Origin: Azolla caroliniana
Lineage: Eukaryota; Plantae; Polypodiophyta
Reading direction: 5' to 3'
Assembly: GCA_043228905.1 (NCBI GenBank)
Contig: JBHGNT010000003.1
Coordinates: forward strand, 1,116,001-1,180,000
Length of the DNA stretch: 64,000 bases
In this document: positions 1 through 12,434 of the stretch, piece after piece
How the letters are laid out: each line of letters begins with the position of its first letter
How positions within the stretch are numbered: the stretch's first letter is position 1
Program-made: the position numbers and the translations under genes
Notes under the pieces: model-generated
Told to the model about the DNA's origin: nothing
What the model saw: the letters and a program-made list of their open reading frames with translations, nothing else
The model's database searches: none

Positions 1-570
1 ACCACTTCTCCTTGTGTGCATCAATCATGGCTTCTTCATAGCATTCAGGTTCCCCTTCACCAGTCAAGAGAATATATTGATTGGGTGGATACTGAGAGGA
101 GGCCTTCCTTTGTCTTAGTGGATATCTTCTTCCTTCAAAAATCGGTTCAGATTCAGTTTCTTTTGCCACTCATCTTCCGAATCAGATTCATGTGCATCAG
201 TTTGTTGTTGTGTGTTGGCTGACTCAAATTCGGTTTCATCAACCGGTTGTTGTTTGCCGACTGGTTGTGTGGAAGTGGGATCGACTAGTGCCGACTCTAT
301 ACTAGTAGTCGACTGGGAAGACGACTCAGGTCTTTGTTGTCTCCAGTCTTCGATTGTCTTGTCTTCCATGATTATAACATCATGACTTCTTATCAAGGAG
401 ATCCCACATCCTATACCCGAACTCATCTTCCGAGTACCCCAAGAATATGCAAGCCTTGGGCTTGCTATCCAGCGTTGACCTCTGATCTTTAGCAACATGC
501 ACATAAGCCAAACATCCGAACACCCTTAAATACTGATAGGACACATTCCTTCCTGTGCCTCGTGGGCCAT
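1..570 (-). mobile_element. Ty1/copia remnant (integrase C-terminus / pre-RT linker)
   Basis: Frameshifted ORFs 380-586 and 115-504 read VSYQYLRVFGCLAYVHVAKDQRSTLDSKPKACIFLGYSEDEFGYRMWD...IMEDKTIEDW, homologous to the copia pol at 18957-20042. Confidence 0.85.
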
Positions 571-964
571 GGCCATTTTCTATCATTGTATATGTAGGAT
601 TTATTCCTAGTACTCACCCCTTTCTATGTTTAATCTCTTCTTTAGGGTTTTTTTGCTAACCAAGGTTCAAGTCTGACATCCATCTTCTAATTTTGATGGG
701 CACTGCCAGGTCATTTCTGTTCACTGAAGGCGTGCAAGTAGTTTATGTTCGTGGCAATGAAAAGAGAACTATACAAATAAGGAGGAAGTTTCAGTCTTTT
801 CTTTTGCTACATTTTTCACTGAATTTTTCTACACAAAAAACAATATCTCGACTGTAAGACGCCGAATTCCAAAGCATCAAAATATAAATATAGGTATACA
901 GCCTGCGTGATTCGAAATCAGAATGCTACCCATGTTATTGTCACAATTCTTAGGAGATCACTTC

Positions 965-2631
965 TCATGGGACTCGAGGATTAAGGAGGATAGGGAGGCC
1001 TTTTACAGGGAAGGGCAATGGGTCCACCACAATGACTTCGTTAGGGTTCTCGAGAACCCATGAGAACTGAGTGACCAAGCGATAGAGGATCATCAGTATT
1101 TCCATGCGTGCGGATTCGTTGCCCGGACACATCCTTGGGCCCCCACCGAATGGGACGAATGTGAATGGAGCTGGGCCTGCTCCTTCGAAGCGCGATGGAT
1201 CAAACTTGTCTGGATTGGGGAAATACTTCGGGTTCGATGAGTGAGTTCACTGACCACATTATCTGTGTGCAGGAAAAAATGCATGATATATATCATTTTG
1301 TTAGGTGTTCGATTAGAACCTCAAGAGAAGTGAGAGCTAATAAGAGTTGTGATTTTTGTGACCTTCCATGACTTTGGGATCCTAAACCCATCGAAGATCA
1401 TGTCTTCGGGTGCCAACCTGAATGATCCCTGTGATGGTGGCATTAACCTCATCGATTCCTGAACCACTCTCCATGAAAGCTTCATCTTCTGTATACCTCC
1501 CCAATTCAAGAGCTCGCCGGGGGCCTTGCTTGCTGCTATCTCCTTGTTCTTTGAACACCACCAAAAAACAAGCCTTTTAATGCAAATCCATGAAGGGATC
1601 AAATAAGATTTCGCATTTATCACAAGAGAGGCAACACAAACCTCTGTAAACCTCCTCCATTATGTGGGGATTAGATGCAAGATATTTGTAGGTCATGGTG
1701 GCTACAATCTTGCTGGTATCATGGCCTGCAAAGAGCATCATGAGGATGTTGTCCTTCACCTCCTTATCAGACAAAAATTGGCCATGCTCATCTGTATATG
1801 CAAGAAATCCGGAGAGGATGTCTGGATGCTCAGTGACAGAGCCAGCATCCATATCTCTCCTTCTCTCATCGATCCATACCTGCAACTGCTTTCTTATCAC
1901 GTCAGAAGCTGCGAGCGATTTATTATATCTCGTTCCAGGAATGTTGATCGGTATCTGCATCATGCCTTTCACCATGGTATTGAAAGGAATAAGGAGCATA
2001 TCTTGATCTTCTCTGTCCGGTCGGCTAACAAGAACCTCGCAAGCTATGGAGAACATGAGCTTCTTCATTAGGGGGAAGAGAAGGACATTGGATTTGCCTT
2101 CAAGATGCTCACTGATGAACCTGAGGAGGATGAGATCGACTCGGCTCGGCTCGTGTATCTTTCCAAGGATTCAGATCTCAGGAATGTGACTAGGGCATTC
2201 CGAATCCGACTGGCGCGAGCTCCGACACGAACAATCAGGGATTCAGTCCCGATAATCTTGATGAAACTGGTGGGCCAAGAGGCGTGGACGTTAGAGAAGG
2301 CTGCCTTGTTAAAGGGCTAGCAAGAACAACTGTTGGGAAAGCTACTATGCTCGTCTTGAAGGTCTGTCCATAGGCTGAGATGCGGTCATTGATGAATTTC
2401 CATGGGATCCCTTGCCTCTGTGTTCTGAGAAGCTCTAGGGTTTCACCGATGAAGGGAAGGCCGAAAAGACCCCGGAGGTAAGGGAAGTTTCTTCTCTTGC
2501 TGGATCTTATTCTTCTTGCTTGAAGGTCTCCATAGCTGATGTAGTAGCCCTGCTATGAGAAGTGGTAGAGGCAGAATAAGCTCAAGTATGAGCTCCAAAG
2601 GGGAGATGGTACAGGTGAAGAACAAAGCCAT
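965..2631 (-). pseudogene. Cytochrome P450 pseudogene, CYP85 clan (CYP716-like), copy 1
   Basis: ATG at 2631 (MALFFTC...LPLPPG), I-helix AGHDTS, ESMRL, and the heme region [12 protein letters not shown]. Same 3-exon layout as the intact paralogs. Frameshifts in exon 1 and at the start of exon 3. Confidence 0.9.
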
Positions 2632-2959
2632 AGCCAAGCTTCCCAACTTCAGATGGTATGCACCCTCTGCATCTGCCTCTGCCTCTGCCTCTGCTTCTCC
2701 ATCAATAATTTTGGAGAGTGGAAAATGGTTATGTATGCATGCATTAAAAAGCTTCTCAATTCTGATGGTGGCCAAGAGTCCACGTCCTTCCATGGATATT
2801 TCACAATTTTTGTCATGTGGTTGATTTCCTGCATAGACCTAAGACTACCCACACACATTCCTATTGTCACTATTCAAATTTCTAATGTAGAACAAACAAA
2901 CATTGAAGTTCATAAACCCTTGCTACTAATTGAAATTTCAATGTAGAACCTCATTCTCT

Positions 2960-3300
2960 CGAAATTCGCTTGGGAGTGTGACACGACAATGAGGCCATGT
3001 CAATACGAAATGTAGAGCGTTGTCGTGATGTGGCAGGCCCGAATATGGGAAGTGGCTAAAAAGAAGATTAACGAATGGAGTGAAGGTGTGCGTGAAAGGC
3101 CAAAAAGGTAATTCTCACTATTTATCAATAGGTATATAAGTTAATAGAAAAATGAGGGGTTTTTAGTGCTTGCCAAAATATTTTTCTATGTCTTCTTTTT
3201 GTGTGCTGTCTTCTGTGTGTGTGCTGTTCACCATTTTTCTGTGCAGAAAAACAATAGCTCGTCTGCTTCCCGTTGCTCATACAATAGTGGTATGAGAGCA
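2960..3300 (+). mobile_element. Degenerate LTR followed by a tRNA-Met-like PBS
   Basis: TGGTATGAGAGC near 3288 resembles a Met PBS. The upstream part resembles 49900-50040. Boundaries approximate. Confidence 0.45.
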
Positions 3301-3589
3301 TGGACTATATGCAAGACATTGTTTGTGGTAGGAATCACTCGTTTTCCCCTCTGTCTTTGCTCCTCTACGTATGTTGTTTTGTCAAGAACTCGTCGAATAG
3401 AGGTAATATCTAGTACTTGCTACTGTTGCAACTCATTCTTTCACTCTTTTGTGATCCAGTTTTTCTCTAGAACACACCATTCAAGAGATATTTTCCCCTC
3501 TTTTTCGACCTAGAGATAGTAAACACATTGTCGTGAAGATTTTTGGCTATGGTGAGAAAACCGGATGGAATGGGCAAAGTCGTCGATGT

Positions 3590-5505
3590 GCAACATGTGA
3601 CCGTCTCTCCGTCCCTTGGCTATGAGTCGGCCATCTTTCTCAATGAAATAGCCTTCGTTGTTGAAGCGGACTTGCATGCCTTGCTCCACGATTTGGCCGA
3701 CCAAGACCAAATTCTTCGTTATTGTGGGCACGTGCAAGACATTCTTGATGCAAGTTTGCTCGCCTTCTTTCCCGAATGGGACATTGCTGATGTGCCGAAT
3801 GGGATGTGTGGTGTCGTCACCTGTCTCTATGACGTCGGGTCGATCGAGTGTGCGCAAATCACTAAACCACTCTTCGTGGGATGTCATGTGATGTGAGGTG
3901 CTGGAATTGATGAACCACACGTCTTCCGAGTTGGAGGTGCTTGTGGAGTTGGAAGCCGTCATAGAGTTCGCTCTATGTCTCATTACGAATAGACCACTGT
4001 AGTCGTCGTATTTGGAGTTGTTGGCGTAGTTTGTGAGTTGTTAGCTTGTTGAAGCCGACTCGCTTCTTTTTTTCCGACACTCCTCTTCGCGGTGCCCGAT
4101 TTTGCCGCAATAGTTGCAAGCAATGAGCCACATTTGCCGACCTTGTTCGGCATGGAAGCTCCCCCTTCTTCTAAAGGTTCCTCGATGGCCTCCGTCTTGT
4201 TGTCGAAGGTTTGAGTTCCCTTCGTGAGATGGGCTGAATTGATCTCTTCTACCGCCTCGACCTCGTCATCGGCCACCATCCGAATTCGAGAAGAACATTT
4301 GTCCTTTTGACGTCTTGGTCTTGGTTCGGACGTGGTTCTCTTCAACCAACAACATTGATTGAAGGTCAAAGAACGCAGGAGGGGTTTTCCTCTCCAAGAT
4401 TGTCATCCTCAACAAGTCGAATCGTTGTGTGAGGCTGCCCAAGCATACTTGAACCATCTCATCTTCGTCGATGTTTATGTTGATGTAGCCAAGCGAGTCG
4501 CAAATGCTCTTGATCTTGCCGGTGTAGTCCGACACAAACATATCTTTTTGCCCAATGTTGTTCAACTCTTGTCGGAGTCGAAACTTTCAGGCGGTCGTGT
4601 TGGTGACGAACATCTTCTTCAAGTTCCCCCATCCCTCTTTAGGCGTCTCGGCGTCTCGAATGTGGCTAAGCATGTGATCGTCGACACATGTTGCCAAGCA
4701 ATACATGACTCAACTCGTGGCTTGCTCCCATGTTGCGTAGTCGGCGTTCTTTGTGTCGGGTCGATTTTCTTGTGCGTCGTTGATGTAACTCCAATACCCT
4801 TGGCCGACGAGGTATTGGGTTATCTTGTATTCCCAAGATGAATAATTGCTCCGGTCTAGCTTTTCGCTTGGGAGCGAGCTACCCATTTGTGTGTTCATGT
4901 TGATTGTAGTGTCTTCCTTTTTGCTTTTCTTCCTTCAGTCACATACATTGATATGTAGCAGCACTACGGTAGTGGATAGCCAAAATTTGTCGTCGGCGTT
5001 TCGAACACACAATCACTGAGTCGGGTGGGCTTAGTGGATGTGTTAAAACCACACGCTTTGATACCATGTTAAGAATTAGGTGAGTAATTAAGCAAGGGTT
5101 AATTAGTACCTAATTATGTGATTAAGTTAAGCGGAAGATTAAGTGATATGCGTGTGTATGTGTGTGAGAGGAAGAGAGAGAAGTACACTTATGAACAACA
5201 CAAGATGGGGGATGATTAACTCTATATTAAATTAGTATCATCATCATCAAATACAAAAATACCCACAATGAGGTATATATACATCTCATGTGCAAAGGTG
5301 CACATGTGTGAGTAGAATATAGGTACTACGGTGTAAGTCCTATATTAAATGTACTTAGGAGTGGAGGATCTAGAATATCCCACTTAAGTACAAGGTCCTA
5401 TATAAGGCGTTATAGTCAACACTCCTAACTAGATTCTATCTAGGTAACTGCGAAGTTACATGGTTGACTAAATAACTAAACTAAGTTGAGGTTGATCTCT
5501 CAACA
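3590..5505 (-). mobile_element. Truncated Ty1/copia: 5' LTR (5067-5505), Met PBS, gag-protease remnant
   Basis: LTR TGTT...AACA. PBS TGGTATCAAAGC on the minus strand ends at 5066. Broken ORFs give gag (KLDRSNYSSWEYKITQYLVGQGYW), a zinc-knuckle region and protease (WFINSSTSHHMT, NVLHVPTITKNL). Confidence 0.85.
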
Positions 5506-6140
5506 ACAAAGTAATGCGGAAATAAAAAAACAACAAAGGCACAGAATACACGGTTTTACGTGGAAACCCTAAACGGGGAAAACCACAGGAACAGAGATTC
5601 CACTATATCAAACGATACACAAGTAGGAACAGCTTACAACACTCTGGCCGCAAAGTGTAACAGCCTCACAAGGCTCTTAGCATTCAAAGCTTTTGTAGCT
5701 ATGGTGCCACTCGTGCTCTCTCTCTCTCACACGCTCTCTCTTATGTTCACCCTATTCTCCACACACTCTGATCTACTCTGATCTGTTCTACATACTAAAG
5801 TTTGCCCTAGGTGTATTTATACTTGTACACTCTTTGAGCTATCAACAAATGTGACTCTACTACTACTAATTATATTGTTATAGTCGTGGTTAATCAACCG
5901 ATTGGTTGACTAGTCGATTCGACTAACCGACTCTTCTATCGACTGTCCAATCAACATGACTAGTCGGCCTTGTCATCAACCCTCCGGTCGGCCCAACTAG
6001 TCAGTCATGTCTTCGACTTAATCTCCCCCTCACTGTCGACTCTCCATGTCGACACTCACATAATCAACCTTCATGTCATCAATTGTCGGCTCTTGGCACA
6101 ACCAGTTGGCTCCTTCCATAGGAGGGACATATTCCTAACA
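5506..6140 (-). mobile_element. Partial copia-type LTR
   Basis: Contains TTTACGTGGAAACCCTAAACGGGGAAAAACCAC, the reverse complement of a motif in the LTR at ~17345-17385. Ends in CCTAACA. Confidence 0.5.
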
Positions 6141-6759
6141 TGTTGCACATCCCGTTTTTATTCGTCCCACTCGGGTTTCTCATCGTAGCCGAAAATCCTC
6201 ACGACAACATTCTCATTCCTCTTCTTTAAGTTACAAGTTTTGCGTGTGTCTTCTCTGAGTTGCGTGTGGTCTATTCTTCATTTCCTCTTCTTCTTCGACT
6301 ATTCTTTGTCTAGGCTTTCGACACTTGTGTGGAGGCAATAAGGAGGCAGCAAGCTAGCACGCCAATCGTTCGTAGGAAGGATGGAGTGGCACGAGAACTT
6401 TACCTCGTTTCGAGGTATCGTATCTGTCAAAGGTAGTTGCGGTCTTGGCGGCCCACTCGACTCACCTACACTAGAAGTTTCACTCCTCTCACTTTTATCT
6501 CTTTCTTGAGCTTGTGGTTAACTTGAGGTAACTACCACTAATGTAATCCCTCCCCTCTTTGAAACTTGTAAAACTCTATTCTATAAAGGGTCCTCTTGAT
6601 GTAATCTTGAATCTACTTCTTAGTTCAAGGTCATTTTTTTAAACTCGTGCTCATCACGTTAATAATGTGTTTATACTTTTTGTCAAGAGTTCGAGATGAC
6701 CTAGTTCGTATATGCAAACTCTAACAACTGCATGTTCTGAGCGTTTTTTTGAGGTTTCG

Positions 6760-6925
6760 ACATGTGTTTCCACGACGAAGCCCTTTCCACGAGTAAGCCC
6801 TTTCGACTAAGTTGAACCCTTTCCATGAGTAAGCGATTCCATGACGAAGCCTCTCCACGATGAAGCCCTTTCCACAACAAAGCCTTTCCACGACTAAGCC
6901 TTTTTTTCCACAACTTAGCCCTTTC
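6760..6925. repeat. Degenerate ~20-bp tandem repeat (AAGCCCTTTCCACGA-like)
   Basis: About eight imperfect direct copies are visible. Confidence 0.6.
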
Positions 6926-7990
6926 TTTGACAAACACCAACTTTTGACACACTTAGAGACCCTAGTCTTTTTGACTTTGGGATCTTACTCGACCCTAACT
7001 CTTCGAGTCCTTTGAACCTTAGCATTCTCCCTGGTCCAAGACCCCCTGTAGTCCTGTTCAAGTAGTACATATGCACGCATTTACGTGACAACAGGACCAT
7101 TGGGGACTTGAGCCAATGAAGAGATTGCTTTTCACAATGAAGAGATGAGAGTGTCAGCAAATGAGTTGAAATTCCCGCCTGGTGGGAGACTTCGCTTGTA
7201 TTTAGCCATTGGGTGTGCCTGGTCATGTAAATGTACCCATAAGTGTTGTGGTAGTAGATTTGTGTTTAAGTGAAACTCAACAGTTGCCTGCAATAGTAGA
7301 TTTGTGTTTAAGTGTTCTTGTGCATTTGTTATAAATGTTAGCGTGAAGTTGTATGTGTGAGTGCTTCTGGATATAATTGAGTGCTAGTGCGAGTGTACAT
7401 GGACCTACACATGCAAATCTGCATAAATAGTATATGTTGTTATTGATTGCATGTGTGCATGTAAATGGCGTCAAACTAGGTGTAAAGCCAAGTAAAGCCT
7501 ATGCTTGAAAGTGGGGATGGGTTGGAATTCTGCTTCCCACCGAATAATCGTTTGAAAGTCTGAAAATTCTTTAGGTGATGTGGAATGATATCTCATAGAA
7601 TTTCAATTGCAAACGAGTGATGAGGTTCCTTCTTATTGAGAGTCTCAAATGTAGAGTGTGGGTGGAAGACCAATTGAGTGTACAGGTAAACAAAAGACAA
7701 TATCCACACTCGAGGGTTGCCCGATTTTGATTTAACATCAAGGAGACATTCATTGACATGCTCCTCCATGCCTATTAATGGCGCAAGTGTGCCTAATTGA
7801 TAATTGTTCCTCTTGTAACATCTTTAAAGATATGATAATTGGGCCTCTTGTGACATCTCTAAAGATATTATAGATTTGGAGCTACCGCAAGCATAGAAAG
7901 GTGACGAATACGAATGCATAGAAATAAATAATACATACACAACTTGGATGTTTACACTAGTTGTTATTGCAATTAGTGTGGTAAACCGAA

Positions 7991-9945
7991 TTATGCAATA
8001 TGAGGAGTGAGGAGAATAGGAGGCCCCTTCACAGGGAATGGAATGGGATCCACCACAACAGATTCATTAGGGTCCTCGAGAGCCCACGAGAACTGAGTAA
8101 CTAAGTGATGGGGAGCCATCACTATTACCATGCGTGCGAACTCGTTGCCGGACACATCCTTGAGCCCCCCTCCGAATGGGACAAATGTGAACGGGGCTGA
8201 GCCAGCCCGTTCGAACCTCTCCGGCTCCGGAAATACTTGGGGTTCCAATGAGTCGAGTGGGCAGACCAATAAATCTGTGCAGAAAAAAAGAAGCATGATG
8301 GATCAAAATGATTTATTGCTCTCTCATGAATTTGATTGGGGACAGAAAGACAAGACAAATAAATCTGTGGAGAAAAAAAAAAATGCATGATGGATCAAAA
8401 TGATTTGGTGCTCTCTCATGAATTTGATTGGGGACAGACAGACAGACAGACAAGACAAATAAATCTGTGCAGAAAAACAAATGCATGATGGATCAAAATG
8501 ATTTGGTGATCTGTCATGAATTTGATTGGGGACAGACAGACAGACAGACAAGACAAATAAATCCGTGCAGAAAAAAAATGCATGATGGATCAAAATGATT
8601 TTGTGCTCTGTCATGAATTTGATTGGGGACAGACAGACAAACAGACAAGACAAATAAATCTGTGCAGAAAAAAAATGCATGATGGATCAAAATGATTTTG
8701 TGCTCTGTCATGAATTTGATTGGGGACAGACAGACAAATAAATCTGTGCAGAAAAAAAAATGCATGATGGATCAAAATGATTTTGTGCTCTGTCATGAAT
8801 TTGATTGGGGACAGACAGACAGACAAAACACAGGAGAGAAGAGGGCTCTGACCTTCCATGATTTGGGGATACTGAAGCCATGGAAGCTCATATCTTCTGA
8901 TGGCACTCTGAATGACCCTGACACGGGCGGCACCAGCCTCATCGATTCCTGAACCATTCTCCATGAAAGCTTCATCTTCTGTATATCTCCCCAGTTCAAA
9001 TTCTTGCCGGGGGCTTTGCGTGCAGCGATCTCCTTGTTCTCTGAGCACCACCAAAAACACATACAAATCATCAGACTTTATGGTGCACTGATCAAGAAAT
9101 GAGAATAATTTTGGGGTGGGGCAACAAACAAAACCTACCTCTGTAAACCTCATCTATTATGTGGGGATTAGATGCAACATATTTGCAGGCCATGGTGGCT
9201 ACAGAAGTGCTGGTATCATGGCCTGCAAAGAGCAACAGGAGGATGTTGTCCTTGATGGCCTCATCAGAAAATGGTTCTCCTTGCTCATCCCTATAGTTGA
9301 GAAAGCCGGAGAGGATGTCTGGATGTTGTGTCCTTCACCTCCTTATCCGCTAAAGCTTCTCCATGTTCATCCTTATATGTGAGCAGGCCGGAGAGGATGT
9401 CTTGCTGCTCAGTGACCAAACAAGAAGCCATGTCTCTCCTTCTCTCATTGATCCAAACCTGCAAATGCTTTCTTATCTCATCAGAAGCTTCAAGAGTTTT
9501 GTGATATCTGGTTCCAGGGATGCGGATTGGTATGTGAAGGAGGCCTTTCACCATTGTGGCGAAGGGAAGAAGGAGCAGATCTTGATCCTTTCCATCGGAT
9601 CGACCTACAAGAACCTTACAAGCTATGCAGAAGGTGAGTTTCTTCATTAAGGGGAAGAAAAGGATGTTGGATTTGCCTGCAAATTGCTCCTTAATGGACG
9701 TGAAGAGGATGAGATTGACACTGCTCATCTATCACTGCAATGATTCAGGCTGCAAGAATAGAGATCCAACGTAAGGAGCGAGATCTGGCCAGATCATGCT
9801 AGCAGGCCATAAGGCATAGCTGTTAGAGATCCGGCCTGGAGGTAAAGGCAGTCTCTTCTCTTGATGGCTTATTATTCATCTTGCTTGGAGGTCTCCATAG
9901 CTGCTGCAACCCTGCTATGGGGAAGAGGAGTAGAGACAGAGTAAG
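7991..9945 (-). pseudogene. Cytochrome P450 pseudogene (CYP716-like), copy 2, chimeric and deleted
   Basis: [24 protein letters not shown] and [10 protein letters not shown] motifs are present. Large deletions in exon 1, a frameshift at the heme motif, a duplicated I-helix region near 9330 and no ATG start. Confidence 0.88.
8267..8825. repeat. Six ~85-100-bp tandem copies of the P450 intron-2 acceptor region
   Basis: The unit AAATAAATCTGTGCAGAAAAAAAATGCATGATGGATCAAAATGATTT...GAATTTGATTGGGGACAGACAG starts near 8267, 8357, 8457, 8555, 8652 and 8736. Confidence 0.9.
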
Positions 9946-10284
9946 CAAAAAGGTTTGATTGATGCATATATATATAATATTATGTATATATGTATATACT
10001 ACATATATATATATATATAAATGATTTGCCTATGATTGGACTGGATTGCAATGGGTTCATTAATGATCATTCATGATATCCCAACAAATAATATCATAAT
10101 AGTTCTTGGCAGATTGCTTAGAAGAAATTGACCACAAATGTGGCATAGAATGGAGGCCACATAAATATTAAGAGGGCCTATTATTACGAAATGATGAGAA
10201 CATAAGACCCATCAGGGGTGCACAAAATCTTCCTTTTCTTTTTCATGGGCAAGGTTGTCACCTATGCAAAGCGTCCCTAGAAAT

Positions 10285-10924
10285 TAACAATCGGCAACGG
10301 TTTGGTTTGGTATGGTTCGAGAGTGTGAAAATTGAACCGTTTAAAACTTTCGAAACTTGAACCGAACCGAACCAAGAAACCATTTAAACTGAACCATTAG
10401 AAAAAATCCAAACAGTTTTTTTTTTTCTTTTCCAAAAATAATATTCTTCATTAGTAGAATTCGGCATACATGAGGAAATTATTAAGCTAAAACATTACAA
10501 TGGCTTTAGCCATGATGACCTATGAAAACCAAAATATAATGCATTCTAAGATTCTTTTCACCTTCTCACCCAACATTTTGGCAATAACTTCACGGCACAA
10601 AGCTATTACCCTTGTTTGCCTAGCATGTGAAAAAATCCAAACTGTTAAAACCGTGGTTTCGTGGTTTGGTTCCAATTCTCAACTTTGGTCAAAATTCAAA
10701 ATTCAATTTTTTTTTATTATTTCAAAATTTTAAAGATTTTTCCTAAAATGTGAGAATTAGGCTTAAAAATGTAAAGGTTGTTTAAAATATATAAAAACCA
10801 CCAAACCGTTAAAAAAAAACTTGAACCTGAACCGAACCAACCGAACTATTCAAACCGTTAAGCCATTAAGGTGCGGTTTCACAGTTCGGTTCGGTTCAAA
10901 CCACCGAACCATAGCCGATTGTTA
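10285..10924. mobile_element. hAT-type MITE
   Basis: TIR TAACAATCGGC / GCCGATTGTTA, subterminal AACCG repeats, imperfect 8-bp TSD CTAGAAAT/CTAAGAAT. Confidence 0.7.
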
Positions 10925-11678
10925 CTAAGAATCTTGGCCTTTCCTTCTTTCTTTTCTCTAGCCTTGTCGTTAATAATAAAAAAGACCATATTCCCAACGG
11001 TAGGAAAAGTCTCCAATTGTTGTGGTAAAGGGGATTAGTGGGGACATGATCCAAGTTTTCTACATAAGAATTTCATATTTCGGGATCCTTGATGGAGATT
11101 GAGTTTCAAGGTTCTCTTATACATTATCGAACAGTGGAGTCGAGACTTTCATGTCCACACAAACACTACCTCTTTGACTTAAAATTTTACTTTATATACC
11201 ACCATGCTCTCCTCTCCATGTCTGCATCTCTTGCTTTGATTCTTAGGCTCCTAGAGTTTGATTTTAAAGTCAACATTCACAAACAATAAATGGATTCAGA
11301 ACCATCCGTCCTGATTATGTATTTCTGGGCATTGTAATGAGGCCCCTTACAATTCATTCGATATTTGATTATAGATATATGTATCTTATTCTATATATAA
11401 TCTGTGCCTTGCAGCTAATGTAAAGAATTCAAATGCAATTCCTTAAGATCTAGAGGAAACAATGAATTATAGCGACCAAATCTACCAGCAAAAAAGCTTG
11501 TGAATAGATATCATCAGAGTAATTATATAACTTTAATCCTTGACCCAACCAGTGAATGAAGGACATGATAGTGATTTACTTTGGCTTTCAAGCAAATGTG
11601 GTGTGCGCCTTTGACAAGAACTTTTAACTTGTATTCATAGTAATGAACTAGATTGAAAATAAATATATCTATATCTAA

Positions 11679-11711
<33 letters not shown>

Positions 11712-12434
11712 ATCTATATTAGATAACTTAGAGTTATAACATAAGTTGTTAATATATATAATATGATTCCACAATAAGTTAGACCTACATAGTACACTGA
11801 ATGGGGGTAGACTATCAGAACCTCATGCACTTTTATCAGTTTATGTTTAACTTGGACCGAAGATGTTCATGCATATGAATTGTGTGCATCACCCCCTCTA
11901 GTGGAACACCTTTCATATCCTCATACTTCCAAGTGAGACATCATTGAATGAAAAATATTTTAGCATCCGTCTCATTACCAAAGTCCAGCTCATTTCATTG
12001 TCCAAAGCAAACTCAAGGGATTGCATTGATTCTAAAAAATTATTTAGCATCCGTCTCATTACCAAAAACACGTTCACGTTCACAAGTGGAAGGATCGCGC
12101 ATAAATGGAAGGATAAGGAAAATTTTGGTTGATTTTAGGGCTTTTTCAATGATTTTACAAAACACATTAATACCAGTATCATACATGTTCAAACATACTA
12201 TGAAGAAGGTTAAAAATCCACTATTTTCGTGATTTAGAAGTAACTAAAAAAAGAGGAATTTCAAAAAGTTACATTCTCAATTTATATCACAAACTTTACA
12301 ACCAATGTTATTTTATAAGAAACGATTTTTTAGAAATAATAAGAATTCAAAACACATGCTTTTATATTACTCGATTTGTTACAAGCGGAATGTAGTTACA
12401 CTTAATAGCCAAAAATACATTCATGATCACTCAT

